Part shown: positions 1 through 12,714 of the stretch, piece by piece
Numbering within the stretch: the stretch's first letter is position 1
Layout: every line of letters starts with the position of its first letter
Program-made: the position numbers and the translations under genes
Notes under the pieces: model-generated
Seen by the model: the letters and a program-made list of their open reading frames with translations, nothing else
Databases searched by the model: none
Told to the model about the DNA's origin: nothing
Source of the DNA: Heteronotia binoei
Lineage: Eukaryota
Direction of reading: 5' to 3'
Length of the DNA stretch: 64,000 nt
Assembly: GCF_032191835.1 (NCBI RefSeq)
Contig: NC_083238.1
Location: 7,812,001 to 7,876,000 of the forward strand

Positions 1-300
1 CTCCCGGGTGGCGAAACTGGGATTTCCTCCGCTCTCTTTCCCCTCCCCGGCTGGCGCTTGCAACGGGGACCTGACTGATTCCTGCTGCCAGAGCTCCCCC
101 CCCCCCGCCCCATTCTCTCCTTCCCCTTCTGTGGCGTGTGTGAAGAGCGAGCTCGCGTCTATTTTCTAACCGAGCGGAATGTAGCCAGGGAGAAGAATGC
201 AGGACTCCAACTTCCCATTTTATACATGGCGATTTTGTGCAGGTCCAGAAATCCTGGTGGCACAGCTGAGGGAGGCATTCCCTTTTTAAAACACACACAC
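1..300. promoter_or_regulatory. CpG/GC-rich unique sequence, possibly the edge of a CpG island
   Basis: CpG dinucleotides are visibly frequent (ccggg, ggcg, gcgagctcgcg, ccgagcgg) compared with the CpG-poor bulk of the window. No TSS or exon can be assigned. Confidence 0.3.
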
Positions 301-348
301 ATGAACGCTTTGGCCCACACCGGCACTAGATTCCCCCCCCCCAACAAT

Positions 349-853
349 GGTCGTTTTCGCATTATCGAGATAACGCAACAGCGAAATAACGCAACTAAAG
401 TCAATAATAATAATAAAAAATTCTAACGAAACCAATTGAAGTGGCAATTGAGGCTATTCCAGGAGGGTTTTTTTTTTTCTATTTGTTAATTTCGAAATAT
501 CGCTATTATGCAAAACTGTGAAGTTTAAAAAAAAAAATGGCCGTGCTGGCACTTTGGGGAAGCGCCGCGGAAGGCTGATGATTGGCCAAGGGGGTGGATG
601 GGGTGGGAGGACGGAAAGGGAGAGGGTGACGCCCACAAAGTAGTCGATCCGGCGTGGATGGATTTCCCACAGCAAACTCCGAGGAGTGGATCCGGTGTGG
701 ATCCGGAGGTTTTCAAAAACTCCGGAAGGAGGTGGATCTAGATACTCCGGCGTGAAACCCCTGCAGCGCCGGAGCAACAGGTGGGAAAACCAGGAAAAGA
801 TCCGGAGGTAAATGGGGTGCTACGCCGGAGTAAACGCTAGTGCAAAAACGGCC
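349..853. mobile_element. PIF/Harbinger-like non-autonomous element (CpG-rich)
   Basis: Imperfect terminal inverted repeats GGTCGTTTTCGCATTA ... TAGTGCAAAAACGGCC resemble the ends of the hairpin MITEs at 8344 and 15061. Internal GATCCGG/TCCGGAG motifs recur. TSD not matched (aat vs tta). Confidence 0.55.
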
Positions 854-2179
854 TTAGTGTTTCCCCCCCAGTTGCAAGTACTACAAGCCTGCTGCCTTGT
901 AGCCTCAGGTGCATTTTTCCAAAGCGAGGCTGTCATTGGCTGGTATGGTTTTAAGAGGCTTGCAATTCAGCCAGCCTCCCCTGTCCATCCCTGCGCGTGA
1001 CCCAATTACAGCCGCATCATTAGCTTGTATTTTATGCTTTCATTTTCAGCCTTGTTTTAGGCCCATCTCATCATTGCCATCTGCACAACTCTGTCCAGTT
1101 AGCTTGGGAATGTCAATGCCACTGAGAAACACGAGGGAGAGAATGTTTGTGTGCATGAATGCATCTGCATGGGAAAACCACATGTTGTGTTTGTAAAATT
1201 CTAATTCCAAAGAAGGAAAACAAATACAGCAGATACATAATTTTAATTATGCAAAAATACCAAATCTGTTCTTTAAAGGATGAACTATTTATACAGTAAA
1301 TCTGTTCTTCAGTGGTAAAGGTGTATATAAAATCTTTACAACCTTTTACTTTAAGTGAATTTAAGAAACACCCAATTTGATCACATCTGTACTTTACTAA
1401 AGCGAATACCTTGAACAACTGGGATTCATTATGATCCTAAGCATATTCACTCTGAAACTCAGCCGCCAAAGTACTGTGGGACTTACTAGTATGTGTGTTC
1501 AGGATTTATTGCTTATTCTTACTGCTCCATAACTAGTCCAGTGATGAGCAAATGCGTTGACTGACTCATTTAACTTAGTTTTTAGTATGGCTTTTTAAAT
1601 CTACCACTTTTCCAGTTTCTTGACAATATTTGACAGTGTTTTTCACAGGTGCGTCACACTGTATCCCTGGATTTCCCACCATATTTCAGTGATCAGGCTC
1701 CAACAGGGACAATCTGGATCTCAAAGTTCTTGTCTGAACTGTGCCAAAATGCAGAGAAAAGGAAATATACAACAACCCAAGTTGTTACAGAAAAAAAAAA
1801 ATCTACCTGTCCCAGTCCACTATATTGGTAGCCCTGGTCTTGGCCCATCACCCTGCACTGAGCCTCAGAAAACATACCAGCCCTTGAGAGGGGGAGGACC
1901 TCTTGCAGTCTACTTTCATTTTTTAAAAGTGAAATAAGACAACCAGCGTTACAGGTCAAGTATAACAGAGGAGGGATAATCACTGTCAGAACTCTGCCTA
2001 ACCTAAAAAGCAGGAAGTCGCTTAATTGTTATCAACCTGCCCAAACTACTTATTTATTAAAATATTTATATCCCACTTTTCCCTGGGACTCAAGACGGCT
2101 TACAAATCATACTGAAAAACATAATAGGGGAGTGCAAAAAATCTTTTTTTCCCAGTTCCATTTTGTCTATCGGAATCAT

Positions 2180-2345
2180 TATAATCAATGAGTCCCAAAG
2201 GCTATAATAGAGAATCAATCTGGGGTATGGGGTGGCTTTTTTTGGTAGAGGCACCTCTCCTCAAAAATCTCCCCAAGTTTAAAAAGAGGTCCAATTCTAT
2301 GGGCCCCAGAATGAGGTGCCCCCATCCTCCATTGTTCCAGTGGCT
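2180..2345. mobile_element. Internal fragment of the TAGGGTTGCC hAT MITE family
   Basis: Shares ggtagaggcac, ccccaagttt and ggtccaattctatg motifs with the 22738 and 59888 elements. No termini seen. Confidence 0.55.
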
Positions 2346-3552
2346 GAAGCATATCTGTGGGCAGAAGCAGAAATCTACAAACCTTTTAAAAACATAACTA
2401 CTCTTTTCTGTTAAGTACTATGCAGAAAGCAATAAACATTTCTGTCTTTTCCCTGCCACAGACCCTTCCCTCTAGCTTTAAAATGGCTGATGATGATTAA
2501 TTCTAGATTTAAGGACAAGCACGAGGCACATTGATGCAAGCTGAGCTCTGCATCACAGATTTCCTCCATATCTACTCTTTACTGATTGATTAGCTTGGCA
2601 CTGTTTCCAGCATCACTGAGACCTTCTCCAATGGAGAGAAATCTGGGAGCATCTAGAGTTGTCTACATCAATACTTTCATTGATGAAAATTCTTAGAATG
2701 GAAAAAGGTAAGAAATCCAGAGGGGACATGCTGATTGATTATCTATGTAAACAAATAAGCAATTAAGTAAGTAGACACATATTCTACCGGTATGAAGAAC
2801 TGCATAAAAGGGGGGGGGGCATTTTATGGCTTGGCTTAACTTTGGAAATGGAGCAAAAAGTTTAACCAGATTTTAAAAAGTGGTTAGTAAATAATCTGTC
2901 ATTTCAGAAAGGTACTGGGTGACCAAAGATATTACTTGTACATATCCACAGACCTGCAATCTCACACTCCATTGTTTCCATACAATATATAGCACAAAAA
3001 TCACCTATCCAGGGAGTTTCTTTGGATGCCCATCTGGTTACAGGTTCAATTTTGTTGTCTTTCAAGGATGAGCACACCATCTTTTTGTTCCAAACGCCAC
3101 AAGTCTGTTGAAGCATTCCATAGAATGATGTAGACATTTGTGGCCCAATTCTGGGCTTTTTTTATTTATTGCTGAAGGCTTCAGGAATAGGCTACCAAAG
3201 GAGGTGCGGAGAAAGCCCTTGGTGCTAACTAGCAGACAATACAGGACAGCCCTCTCAGAGACTCTGGCCAGGGCCCCATGGGTTATTGATCCTGGCTCCC
3301 CGCTTGGAACCCCTGAACAACTTCCCAGCCTTGTGGCCCTTGAGATTGGAGGGGCACAAGAAAACCAGACCGTGTAAAATGTAAAAAGGTTTGTTAAATT
3401 ATTTTAAAATGACTATACTGTATAGTCTTTTTAGTTCAGCAACAAGAAAACAAAGAAGCTAACTTTTCTTTCCAGTACCTAACACACCTTGGCATTAGGA
3501 GGCAAATCTCTTGCAGTATACAATCCAAATAGTAGCATAAAAGTGTTCTATA

Positions 3553-3758
3553 TCTCAGCCTTCCATCCTTCCAAGGCCGGTAAAATGAGTACCCAGCTTG
3601 CTGAAGCGGGGGGGGGGGGGGGGGGGGCAATGTAGATGACTGGGGAAGGCAATCGCAAACCACCCCATGAAAAGTCTGCTGTGAAAACGTCGTGATGCGA
3701 TGTCACCCCAGAGTCGGAAATGACTGGTGCTTGCGCAGAGGGCTACCTCTACCTTTTA
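3553..3758 (-). mobile_element. Sauria SINE (partial)
   Basis: Reverse complement matches the copies at 21398, 42596 and 45597 (gactctggggtgac...ttgccttccccagtcatctaca...gcaagctgggtactcattttacc). Its C-run is expanded. Confidence 0.9.
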
Positions 3759-4228
3759 CATTCCATTCCATCATGAGGAGGCATGTCATCTAAGCGTACT
3801 AAGCATGGTGTTAGCATAACTCTCTCTGGCCTATACCTTTATTATAGCTTTCAGCTGTATGGCGTCAGGTGGTGTCCTGAGTGTAATCAAGGATCTTCAC
3901 AGGAACTTTCCAGAGGATATTGGCAACTGCTCCTAATTCCCACCTCCCATCTGGTTATACAACTGAGTTCAGATTCTCACTATTTGTCCAATAACTACAT
4001 TTTTGCATCTGGCCTAGAAAGAGATAAAGATTGTGGTTGTGGGTTTAAGGAGGAATAGCAGATGAGGTGAAAAAACGCACACAGCCTTTCTTTGGTAAAA
4101 TATGGTCGCAGCTTATTTTTATTGAATACAAAGTAAGGAGCATAGGGACAGACCCAAGCATCGGGTGAACCATTTCCCAGCCCACCTATTGGGAGACCAA
4201 CCAAGGAATGAAAAGATCTTGGGACACA

Positions 4229-5963
4229 TGTAAGCAGCAGCCTCTACATAGTCCCCCATCACCTGGAGGTGGAAGTCAGCCAGCAGCCCCCACCTGAGCA
4301 TGTAGCTGAGTGGTTCCACACCCCAAAGGCCCCTTATGGGAGCCCCCAAAATGGGAGAGGCACACAGGCATGACCTCCCCGCAATGGATCTATCCTAATG
4401 CCCCAACAGCTAATCTGTGACAGTAGAGAACAGAATGAGACAAAGTATACCTACAAACAAAACTAGAATAAGAGGGAGGGAGGGTGGGCAAGCCAGCAAT
4501 TCTAGTGCGAAGGACTAGAACTTGTGCAAGATTTGCTTCAACAGCCCCTTGGGCTTTTGCAGCCTGCCCCCATGCAAAGCCTGATGTCGCAGGCTGGGGG
4601 GCGCTATCCAGCCCTCCACCTCACTCTGCCAGAGGGCACCATTGTGAGAATTCCAGAACATTGTAGTCACCCGCTTGATTGCCAGGGTGCCTGGAGACTC
4701 AGCTCACACACATCTGCCAGAAGGATGTGGGTTTGTCTACCAAACTGGAAGGGACTTATGAGTACAAACAGCCACAATGGTGCAGCAGCACTCGGTGTCT
4801 CCCGAGGAGGGCTAACCAGGAGAACAGATGGTTTCCAGTCACTTCGTACGATCCCCATCTTGGCCTTTGTAGCGGAAGAAGGTGCACCGCCAGGAACTGT
4901 CCAGGCAAGCGGTTTCCAGCCTTAACCATAGAATCCATCTTGGGAGGCTAACACTACCAGCAGCTATCTTCCTGCGGTGCCAGACTCCATAACAGCAAAG
5001 CGGGAGGCTCACGTACTCAACAGATGTCACCTATGCATAAAGCCATCAAGCTTATCTTAGGTGTGGATCCTGTCAGACTGCCTAAGCCTTTGTCCAACAG
5101 AACCCAAGACAAAGACTGGTGCCAATAGAAGACTGAAGAAGAGGAAGAACATCTTCACCTAGAGCCAAGTGTCTTTGTATAGACCGGGTGTTACCGTAGG
5201 GAGCAATTTGGCCATCTATTGTCACCTTTTTAGATAAGTTTGATAGTTTTAGTCACCCTCATCCCAATCATTTCTCCCATTCTTTCCCTTAATGATTATC
5301 CTGGAGCCTCCCCCTTGGCCCATTGTTACCTGGAAGTCCAATCAGGTAACCAGAGCCAAGCCTGCTCATTGGCCAGATATGGGCAGCCAATCAGGTGCCA
5401 CCAATAAACTGGCTATTGGCTACTGCACAAGTCCAGCCCTTATGGTCATTGCAGAACCTCCCCTTTTTCTGAGGTCATGTACCAGCTGACCAGTGTCATC
5501 CGCCCATGTACCTCCCATCCCCTATGGGCTCAAGGTAGTCCTTATAACCTGTGGTCCAGCTCCCCACAGGTGTGTATCTAGCAGTACCCCAGTTCCGCTG
5601 TCTAGATACATCCCCGATTCCTGATCAGTTGAGGGTCTCTTCCCCCTAATCCTCGTTCGTCGCCAATGGAGCCTTCCTTGAAGACTACGATTGGTAATTA
5701 TCACCCTGTTTGTCCATCCTTGTGTTGTCTCTGCATTTATTTTTATTAGGACTGTATGTGTGTTGTATGTATTCATTGCCTTGTATGTGTGTTCTATATT
5801 TTTCTACAATACATTTTAATTGTTTTACTTAATTAGTGTCCTTGGCAAATTTAAGCAATAATTTCTGGATGTGTATCCTGTATATATAGATTCTAGATCC
5901 TTTTTAAGCCAGGTGCCCACCTGTCAATCCCTCAACCTCGTTTTGAGGACATTTTGGCTTACA
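4229..5963 (+). mobile_element. Long LTR-like element (copy 1); 5' boundary tentative
   Basis: Begins TGTAAGC and ends GCTTACA (inverted termini). Clustered CCAAT/ATTGG boxes at ~5338-5420 and a TATA-like ttataa at ~5542. 4625-5963 is homologous to the reverse complement of 24546-25870, and the shared homology ends at GGCTTACA. No TSD seen. Confidence 0.65.
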
Positions 5964-6216
5964 CCATGTAGCTGAAGCATGCTTCCTTCCAACCACACCC
6001 CACGCCCTGCACTGTGGGTAAGTCTCTGACCATTCTTGCATGAACAGTGAAAATATGAAAACCTGCAAGCAGAACTAGGCCTTCTAATATTTACATTAAC
6101 CCTTGAGCGGAAATTAAGGTGCAAGAACTAATTCAGAGAGCTTTCTGCTAGTTTGTTCTATGGCTTGATGGTATGATAGGCTTTTCTGTTGGCACAGTTA
6201 TGGTTGTTATCTATAG

Positions 6217-6294
6217 CAGGGGTGGCCAACGGTAGCTCTCCAGAAGTTTTTTGCCTACAACTCCCATCAGCCCCAGCCAGCATGGTCACCCCTG
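6217..6294. mobile_element. Short hAT MITE (CAGGGGTGGCCAAC family)
   Basis: TIRs CAGGGGTGGCC/GGTCACCCCTG with a perfect 8-bp TSD ATCTATAG. Confidence 0.9.
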
Positions 6295-7028
6295 ATCTAT
6301 AGGGTTTTTAATTTTTCTTTTAACTTGTTTTATATGTTTTTGCACATTTTTAAGTTGTCTTGAGCTCATTTAGATTGTAGTGCCTTATTTGGAAGAAGTA
6401 ACAAAACTATAGTGTAGAACATAATAGCATGTTATTAGTAATGTAAAAGTAGCTTTCAAATACAGGCAATTTCATATGGTTTAAACCTGTGATCCACAAT
6501 GTATTTAGGTTGCTATTCCAAGCAAATTTATGAGGACATTCCACTGAAGGAAGGCAATGAGATTTTAATATAAATGTATGATTATCAAGGATTAGCTGTA
6601 GAATTAGCTGTAGCAGGGATTTTCAGACTTCAGTGTTATTTTAGTATTTCAGTATTAAGCTCTTAGCTCTTGTAGCAGTCCTTCTGGAGAATTAAACTTC
6701 TGTTCACAATGTGTGTGTGTTTATGTTGAGTGTCCTATGCAGGAAAATGGGAAGTAGAATACCAGAGGAGGGAATTATAGCATATCCTTCCTTGAGATTC
6801 CCTAGTCCTTCCTGCAACCTACAACCATGACACCTCCCATCGGCTTACTCCTGAAGTAATACTCTGAGACCCTTTATGTTAGAGTTGACAACCTGCATAT
6901 GGAACTTAGAGGCCTCCTGGTATTCCAACTGATCTCCAGACTACAAAGATCAGATTCTCTGGGGAAAACAGCTGCCCTGGAGAGTGGAGTTATAGTTTTA
7001 TACCATGTTGAGATCCCTCTTCCCTCCC

Positions 7029-7309
7029 AGCCAGTTTGGTGTAGTGGTTAAGTGTACAGACTCTTATCTGGCAGAACCGGGTATGATTCCCCACTCTCCA
7101 CTTGCACCTGCTGGAATGGCCTTGGGTCAGCCATAGCTCTGGCAGAGGTTGTCCTTGAAAGAGCAGCTGCTGTGAGAGCCCTCTCCAGCTCCACCCAGCT
7201 CACAGGGTGTCTGTTGTGGGGGAGGAAGGTAAAGGAGATTGTAAGCCGCTCTGAGACTCTTCGGAGTGGAGGGCGGGATATAAATCCAATATCTTCTTCT
7301 TCTTCTTCT
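7029..7309 (+). mobile_element. Squam3-type tRNA-derived SINE, full length, nested in an older TAGGGTTGCC-family MITE (~6885-7378)
   Basis: Head ccagtttggtgtagtggttaag (A box) and ggtatgattcc (B box), L2-like 3' end gagggcgggatataaat, and a (TTC)n tail. Confidence 0.9.
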
Positions 7310-8343
7310 AAACCTTGTCCCACCTGATTCTGTCCCCAAAGCACCCAGAATTCCCCCCCAAAAAAGTTGGCAGCCCTACTTTAACTACTTAAAGTACTTA
7401 AGTACTCAAGACTACTTAACAGTCTTGAACCTCTTTTAGTAGTAAAAGTGTCTTCTGTCTCTGAGCACAACCAGCAAGGCAAATACAGAAGATTGCTGGG
7501 TTCAGTTTAGCGTAAGGGCTGAGTTTCCATAATTGCATCAACATAAACATTAGGCTCTAAGCCATATGAATACCTGAAGGGTGAAAACTACTTTCTGACT
7601 CCTCTAGAATGCATTGCTGCCATTACAAACCCATTAAAATATTCCTTATTTCCTGGTAATAAACTCAATATTCCTCTCTCCTTCCTTCTTTCTACAGGGA
7701 ATTCTGTTGTCTGCCTGTTATAAAGCTTTCAGCATCAACAATTCCACACTACTTACCGACAATCTGCTGCATCTCCAAGTGCAGATGGTTCCTTTTTAAA
7801 AATACGATTAACATCTTTCCCTTGCTATTATCCTCATAGAGTAACTTGATGAGCTCTCACCAATTTGCTGTCATTAATTGACTGCTATTCTGTTGTGCTG
7901 CTCCTCATGCCAATAGGGCAGATTTTCCTTGCCAGGAGTTTAGTTCTATGGTCTTTAGTTCTTATCAATATCTTATCTTTATACCAGTTTTAAAATCCTA
8001 CTCTTACTGGTAAAATGTAAGCTCAATGCTCTGAGAGTGATGACTGCAAAATTTTGAACTTACTGCCCACTGCTTTCTGAATAAGAACGCTACCGGGCTC
8101 ACATCCATTATTTTGAATGGTTCACTGGTCTTTTGGAAAATAGGGATAAATTTGAATTTTAACAGCATATAAAGTCATCATTTGGGTCTACTACACGCAT
8201 AAGAATTTGCAGCACTTTCTTAAGCAGAGTTACACTCTTCAAAGTACACTGAAATTAGTGGGCTTAGAAGGGTGTAACACTGTTTACAATTGTAGGGTTA
8301 AGGAATTGACACTGGATTGACATCAGTGGAGTTTGAAAACTTA

Positions 8344-8609
8344 GGGCGTTTTCCCACAGAGCTTACCGCGGAGCGACGTCCCTCTTCACCGCGCAGCGTC
8401 TGCACGGATTTCTCACCAACTGCTCCACATAACCAGAAAGAGCTGCGGCTTTTGCGTCGCTAACGTAAACTGGTTTTTAGCGGCTTACATTTGCGACACA
8501 AAAGGTCCGGCACTTCCTGGTTCTGCGGAGCAGTTGGTGGGAAATCCGCGCAGACGCTGCACGGTGAAGAGGGACGTCGCTCCGCGGTAAGCTCTGTGGG
8601 AAAACGCCC
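8344..8609. mobile_element. PIF/Harbinger (Tourist-like) hairpin MITE
   Basis: Near-perfect fold-back GGGCGTTTTCCCACAGAGCTTACCGCGG ... CCGCGGTAAGCTCTGTGGGAAAACGCCC with a TTA TSD on both sides. Confidence 0.92.
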
Positions 8610-8934
8610 TTAATTTAAGTGACTACATGGCCTCTCTCCTTAAGCACCTCCCACCCCCAACTCACACCCAGAGTAGCACTTAGAATTGCTGATTCTAGTC
8701 AGAACCAGAGAAAATATATTTATTTACATAAAATTTATCTGTTGCAGTCTCTGTATAAACATCCAAACTGATTTATAGCATAAGTTATAATAAAATTTTA
8801 AAGCAACTATAACCTTCAGCTTTTTTTAAAAAAAACCCAAATATCTAAACCAAGTCAGCCAACAACTAAAAATGCAACTATTTTATAAATGTCTAATTAA
8901 ACCGTAAAATTCCTAGTGTTCTTTAAATAATTAT

Positions 8935-9136
8935 GGGCAATTTCCCACACAGCTTACCGAGGAGCGAAGTCCCTCCTCACCGCGCAGCGTCTGCTCGGAT
9001 TTCCCACCAACTGCTCCACGGATTCAGGAAGTGCCGCAGCTTTTGCGTTGCTAACGTAAACTAGGGTTTTAGCGATTTCCATTTGAGACGCAAAAGGTGC
9101 GGCAAAAGGTGCGGCAAAAGGTGTGGAAAATCGCCC
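8935..9136. mobile_element. Internally deleted copy of the 8344 Harbinger MITE
   Basis: Left arm matches 8344. The right arm is replaced by about three copies of GGCAAAAGGTGC. TIR ends GGGCAATTTCCCACA/TGTGGAAAATCGCCC with a TAT TSD. Confidence 0.85.
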
Positions 9137-11318
9137 TATGTGTTTATGAAAAGGTATAGAGAATTCTGAAGATGTCCAATTGAAATACCTCCATTCTCTG
9201 TGAATCTACAACAATGCCTGGCAAAAAGTATCCTCCATTGGATCTGATACATTTTATTATAATTATCAGTGATCTGAAGGGTTGGTAGCTCATGGAAATT
9301 AAAATTAAATATGAAGAAAAATCAATACAAATAGCATTTTGTCTTTAGTATTTTCATCCTACTTTATCCCATGCTTAAGAGTCACAAAATTAAAATCAAT
9401 AACATCACAGCACTAATAGATCATAATTAAGATGTAGATCCTATGGAGGATTAGCATGTAAAGAAAGGATTTCCATCCATGAAGCACAGTTTCCTCACTT
9501 CCTTAGAAATAGAGGACTCCTAGGCACACCATGGGGACAGAAGGAAGACTGGAGGGGACAGAGATGTGTAAAAATCACTCCTACTTTCATTTATGGAAGT
9601 CCTGCATGGAACCAGTCTCAGAGCCAAATGATCTGTCTTGCTTCAAACAAGCATTCTAAGGTCAAAGATATATTACCTGCTACACACAGATGGAGATATC
9701 AGAAAGAGTTCTCCATATTTTATTTTCATGCTTAACCATGTGAATTGAATTGCTTTTAAATAATGTTATTTTTAAAGCCTATATATTATTGTGTTGTATA
9801 TTTATGGATGTTGTTAGCCGCCCTGAGCCTGCTTCGGTGGGGAAGGCGGGATATAAATAAATTTTTATTATTATTTATTATTATTATTATAACCATCCTC
9901 AGAAATGTTGGGATCAGAAGCAGCTGGATATGTTCCACAGCAGAGTGGGGATTTAAACCTTCTAAATCCTAGCCTGATATTGACCAGTATACTTGGATTT
10001 CTTTTATTGTCTTTCATCATTGTTCTCCCCAAAAAGCCAGCTGCCCATTAGATCCAGAGGAAAGATTGGGTATAGAGTCATCAAAGTGCTGTGGAACTGC
10101 TTACCTAAATGGAAAAATGTGCCTGGCTTTGACTGTAAAAGCTGTTTCTCCCATCTATATGGAATTTAGTTATTGACTTAGAATATTTGTATCTTACCTT
10201 TCCACAATGCCTGCGGCAGCTTAAAAATATAAACTTGCACAAAGAAAAAATAATTAAGCACATGAATTAAAATGCATCCTATTAAAAATGTAACACCATC
10301 ACTAGCAGCTGCCTGAGACTTCCATTAGTTAGTTCAGTTAAAACATGCCTAAATAACTCTGCATTGTACCTTTTCGGAAAGAAGGAGAGTGTGGCATTTT
10401 CCACGCTGTATCTGACAGGCTGCTCCACAGTGTGGGTAGGACACAGCCACTGAAAACGAGTGTGCTTGTAGCTGAATAGACTTCCCAAACAAAAACCCGC
10501 TATGGGTCCTAGGGGCGAAGTGTTTGCTTCTCCCAATTCCTCACAATCTTTGCTTTACATACTCAGCATTACCAAATCAAACTCTGAAAATAAAAGCATA
10601 AAATAGTTTGTTCAAGTGGAACTAAACACCTTGCTTTAGATAAAAGCCGTAAACAGGATTAAAAGCTCCCTTCCCACTACTTCCGGAGTCTTAAGTGATC
10701 TTTTCTGATATATAAACTGCCAATTATTGATAAAAACATATAGTCTTCTACTGCTCCTAATATGACTATATCCCCCTTTAGACAATTGTTTACTACTGCT
10801 TACTATGCAAAAATCAATTTTCATTGATCCATTCAGCAGCTCAGATGTTGTTTTCAACAAAAGGTAAAATATGTTGAGCAAGGTCAGGTACTAAAGGATT
10901 TTCCCAACTTAGAAATCCTGTTGAAAGGCAAATATAGGCTTGAAAATGAGGCTTGTTTTGAGAACATGCCTGAGTTTGGAATGCATATACACACATACAA
11001 AGCACTCCTAATATTCACACCCACAGATCAAGGTAACAGGATGGTTACTAATATAATGTGCATATAAAAACAGCTGTGAGAAAGATAAATATTAAGGCAA
11101 TCCATGTTGTGTATGCATACGAATATAAAGGTGCTTAGATTTCACAGGCTGATACTATCAAACCTTGACAAAGGTAAGAGAATGATTAAGGCACACTGAT
11201 GGCAGAATGAGAGAAATGCTAACTTAATAAAGACCGCAATGGTTGGGATCAAATGAGTCAGTTATTGCGGCAGCCTCTCAGCTTTAAAAAGCCAACGCAG
11301 GTTGAGGCGCGCCACCAC

Positions 11319-11661
11319 CAGGGCCAGCCCGCCCACTAGGCAAATTAGGACATCTAGGGCACCAGAAGGGGTGCCAAATTGGGCTCTCCCCCCCACCCCG
11401 GCATGCAAGACAAATGCCTAATTGTTGTGGTTGCCATCCAGCTGGCTGGCAGCGGCAAGCAGGCCACCTCCCCCCCCCCCCCGGGCACGCTCAGAGGAGC
11501 GATACCAACCTTGTGCTTACCCACTTTGGCAGGCATCGCAGTAGAGCGTTCTGTCTTAATAGAGAGCAGGAAGAGGCTTCACTCCCCCTCCCATCCTGTT
11601 CCGGAAGAGAGGGGGTGCAGTAAGTCTGCTTGGGGTGCCATGCACCCTAGGGCCGGCCCTG
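11319..11661. mobile_element. hAT MITE (CAGGGCCAGCCC family)
   Basis: TIRs CAGGGCCAGCCC/GGGCCGGCCCTG. TSD GCCACCAC/ACCACCAC (7 of 8). Confidence 0.85.
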
Positions 11662-12529
11662 ACCACCACAATCAGATGCCACCTGCCCAGCAGCCAAGAC
11701 GGGCGCAAGCCACACATGCACAGGGTGGAGCAGTCACACCACTCCTTCGTGTGCATGGCACACCCAGGACAATTACACAGCCAGAAATGCACAACAGACT
11801 TTGCCACCAGGAAATTCACATTGGATATTTAATGCATATGGGAGTCATAGAAGGATGAGGTAGCAGGCCACGGGGAGCAGATGTGCATGTGTGATTGCAC
11901 ACATTAAATCCAGAAGTGGACAGGGGTGGCTATGGTGAGCCAAAAAGCTCAACTGATTGCAACCAAAGTCTCCCATTGGCTTCCATGAGACTGGATCCAG
12001 TGATTCTCTCCCACTAATATTTTTCTGTTTGGCGAGTTATTTCTTTATTAGCAGAAGGGTGCCATTGGATCCATTTTAGTGGAATGTTCTGGAGAAAGTA
12101 TTCCTCTGACAGAAGACTTAGATGAAGATAATGATTGTAGCTAAATCACCGATAAGTTGCCTCTCTCATAATGTGCATGATACAAAATACATTTTATATG
12201 AAGATAGGTTACAAAGAAGATTTCAGAATCAGCAAATGCAAAGGAACTGACAATGTTTGTCAGTTTATATAATCCCTCACATTAGCCAGTATCTTATTGG
12301 ACTCTGTTAGGGTTACCAGCTCCAGATTTGTGGGCGGAACCTCTGGAGGTTGGGCCTTGGAGGTGGGAGGGACTTCAATGAGGTATAATGCCTTAGAGTC
12401 CACCTTCCAAAATGGCCATTTTCTCCATGTGAACTGATCTCTGTTGCCTGGAGATCAGTTGTAGACTGTATATAGAAATATTTCAACATTAAAATTCAAT
12501 GTAAAATTTGTATGGTATATATTTTTAGT

Positions 12530-12714
12530 CAGGGCTTTTTTGTAGAAAAAGACCAGCAGGAACTCATTTGCATATTAGGCCACATCCCCTGATTTCACCA
12601 TTGTTTCACACAGAGGGGTTTTAGAAAAAGCCCAGCAAGGACCATTTGCATCTCAGGCCACACCCCCTGACACCAAGCCAGCCGGAACTGCGTTCCTGCT
12701 CAATAAAAGCCCTA
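12530..12714. mobile_element. hAT MITE (CAGGGCTTTTTT family) carrying octamer motifs
   Basis: TIR CAGGGCTTTT/AAAAGCCCT(A) with TSD TTTTTAGT on both sides. Two internal CATTTGCAT...GGCCACA(C/T)CCC modules. Confidence 0.85.

Noticed and set aside
1540-1566. TGATGA...CTGA pair suggesting a C/D snoRNA
   Set aside because: The boxes are only about 15 nt apart, far too short, and there is no terminal stem.
2611-2708. Exon-like segment ending GGAAAAAG/gtaaga
   Set aside because: Stops in all frames except a short MKILRMEK tail, and no compatible downstream exon found.
7030-7100. tRNA-like heads (also 19790-19882 and 21293-21360)
   Set aside because: They continue into SINE bodies and lack a complete cloverleaf, so they are not tRNA genes.
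7048-7344. ORFs recurring at Squam3 copies (also 20050-20355, 27202-27608, 30688-30917)
   Set aside because: Translations of a non-coding SINE.
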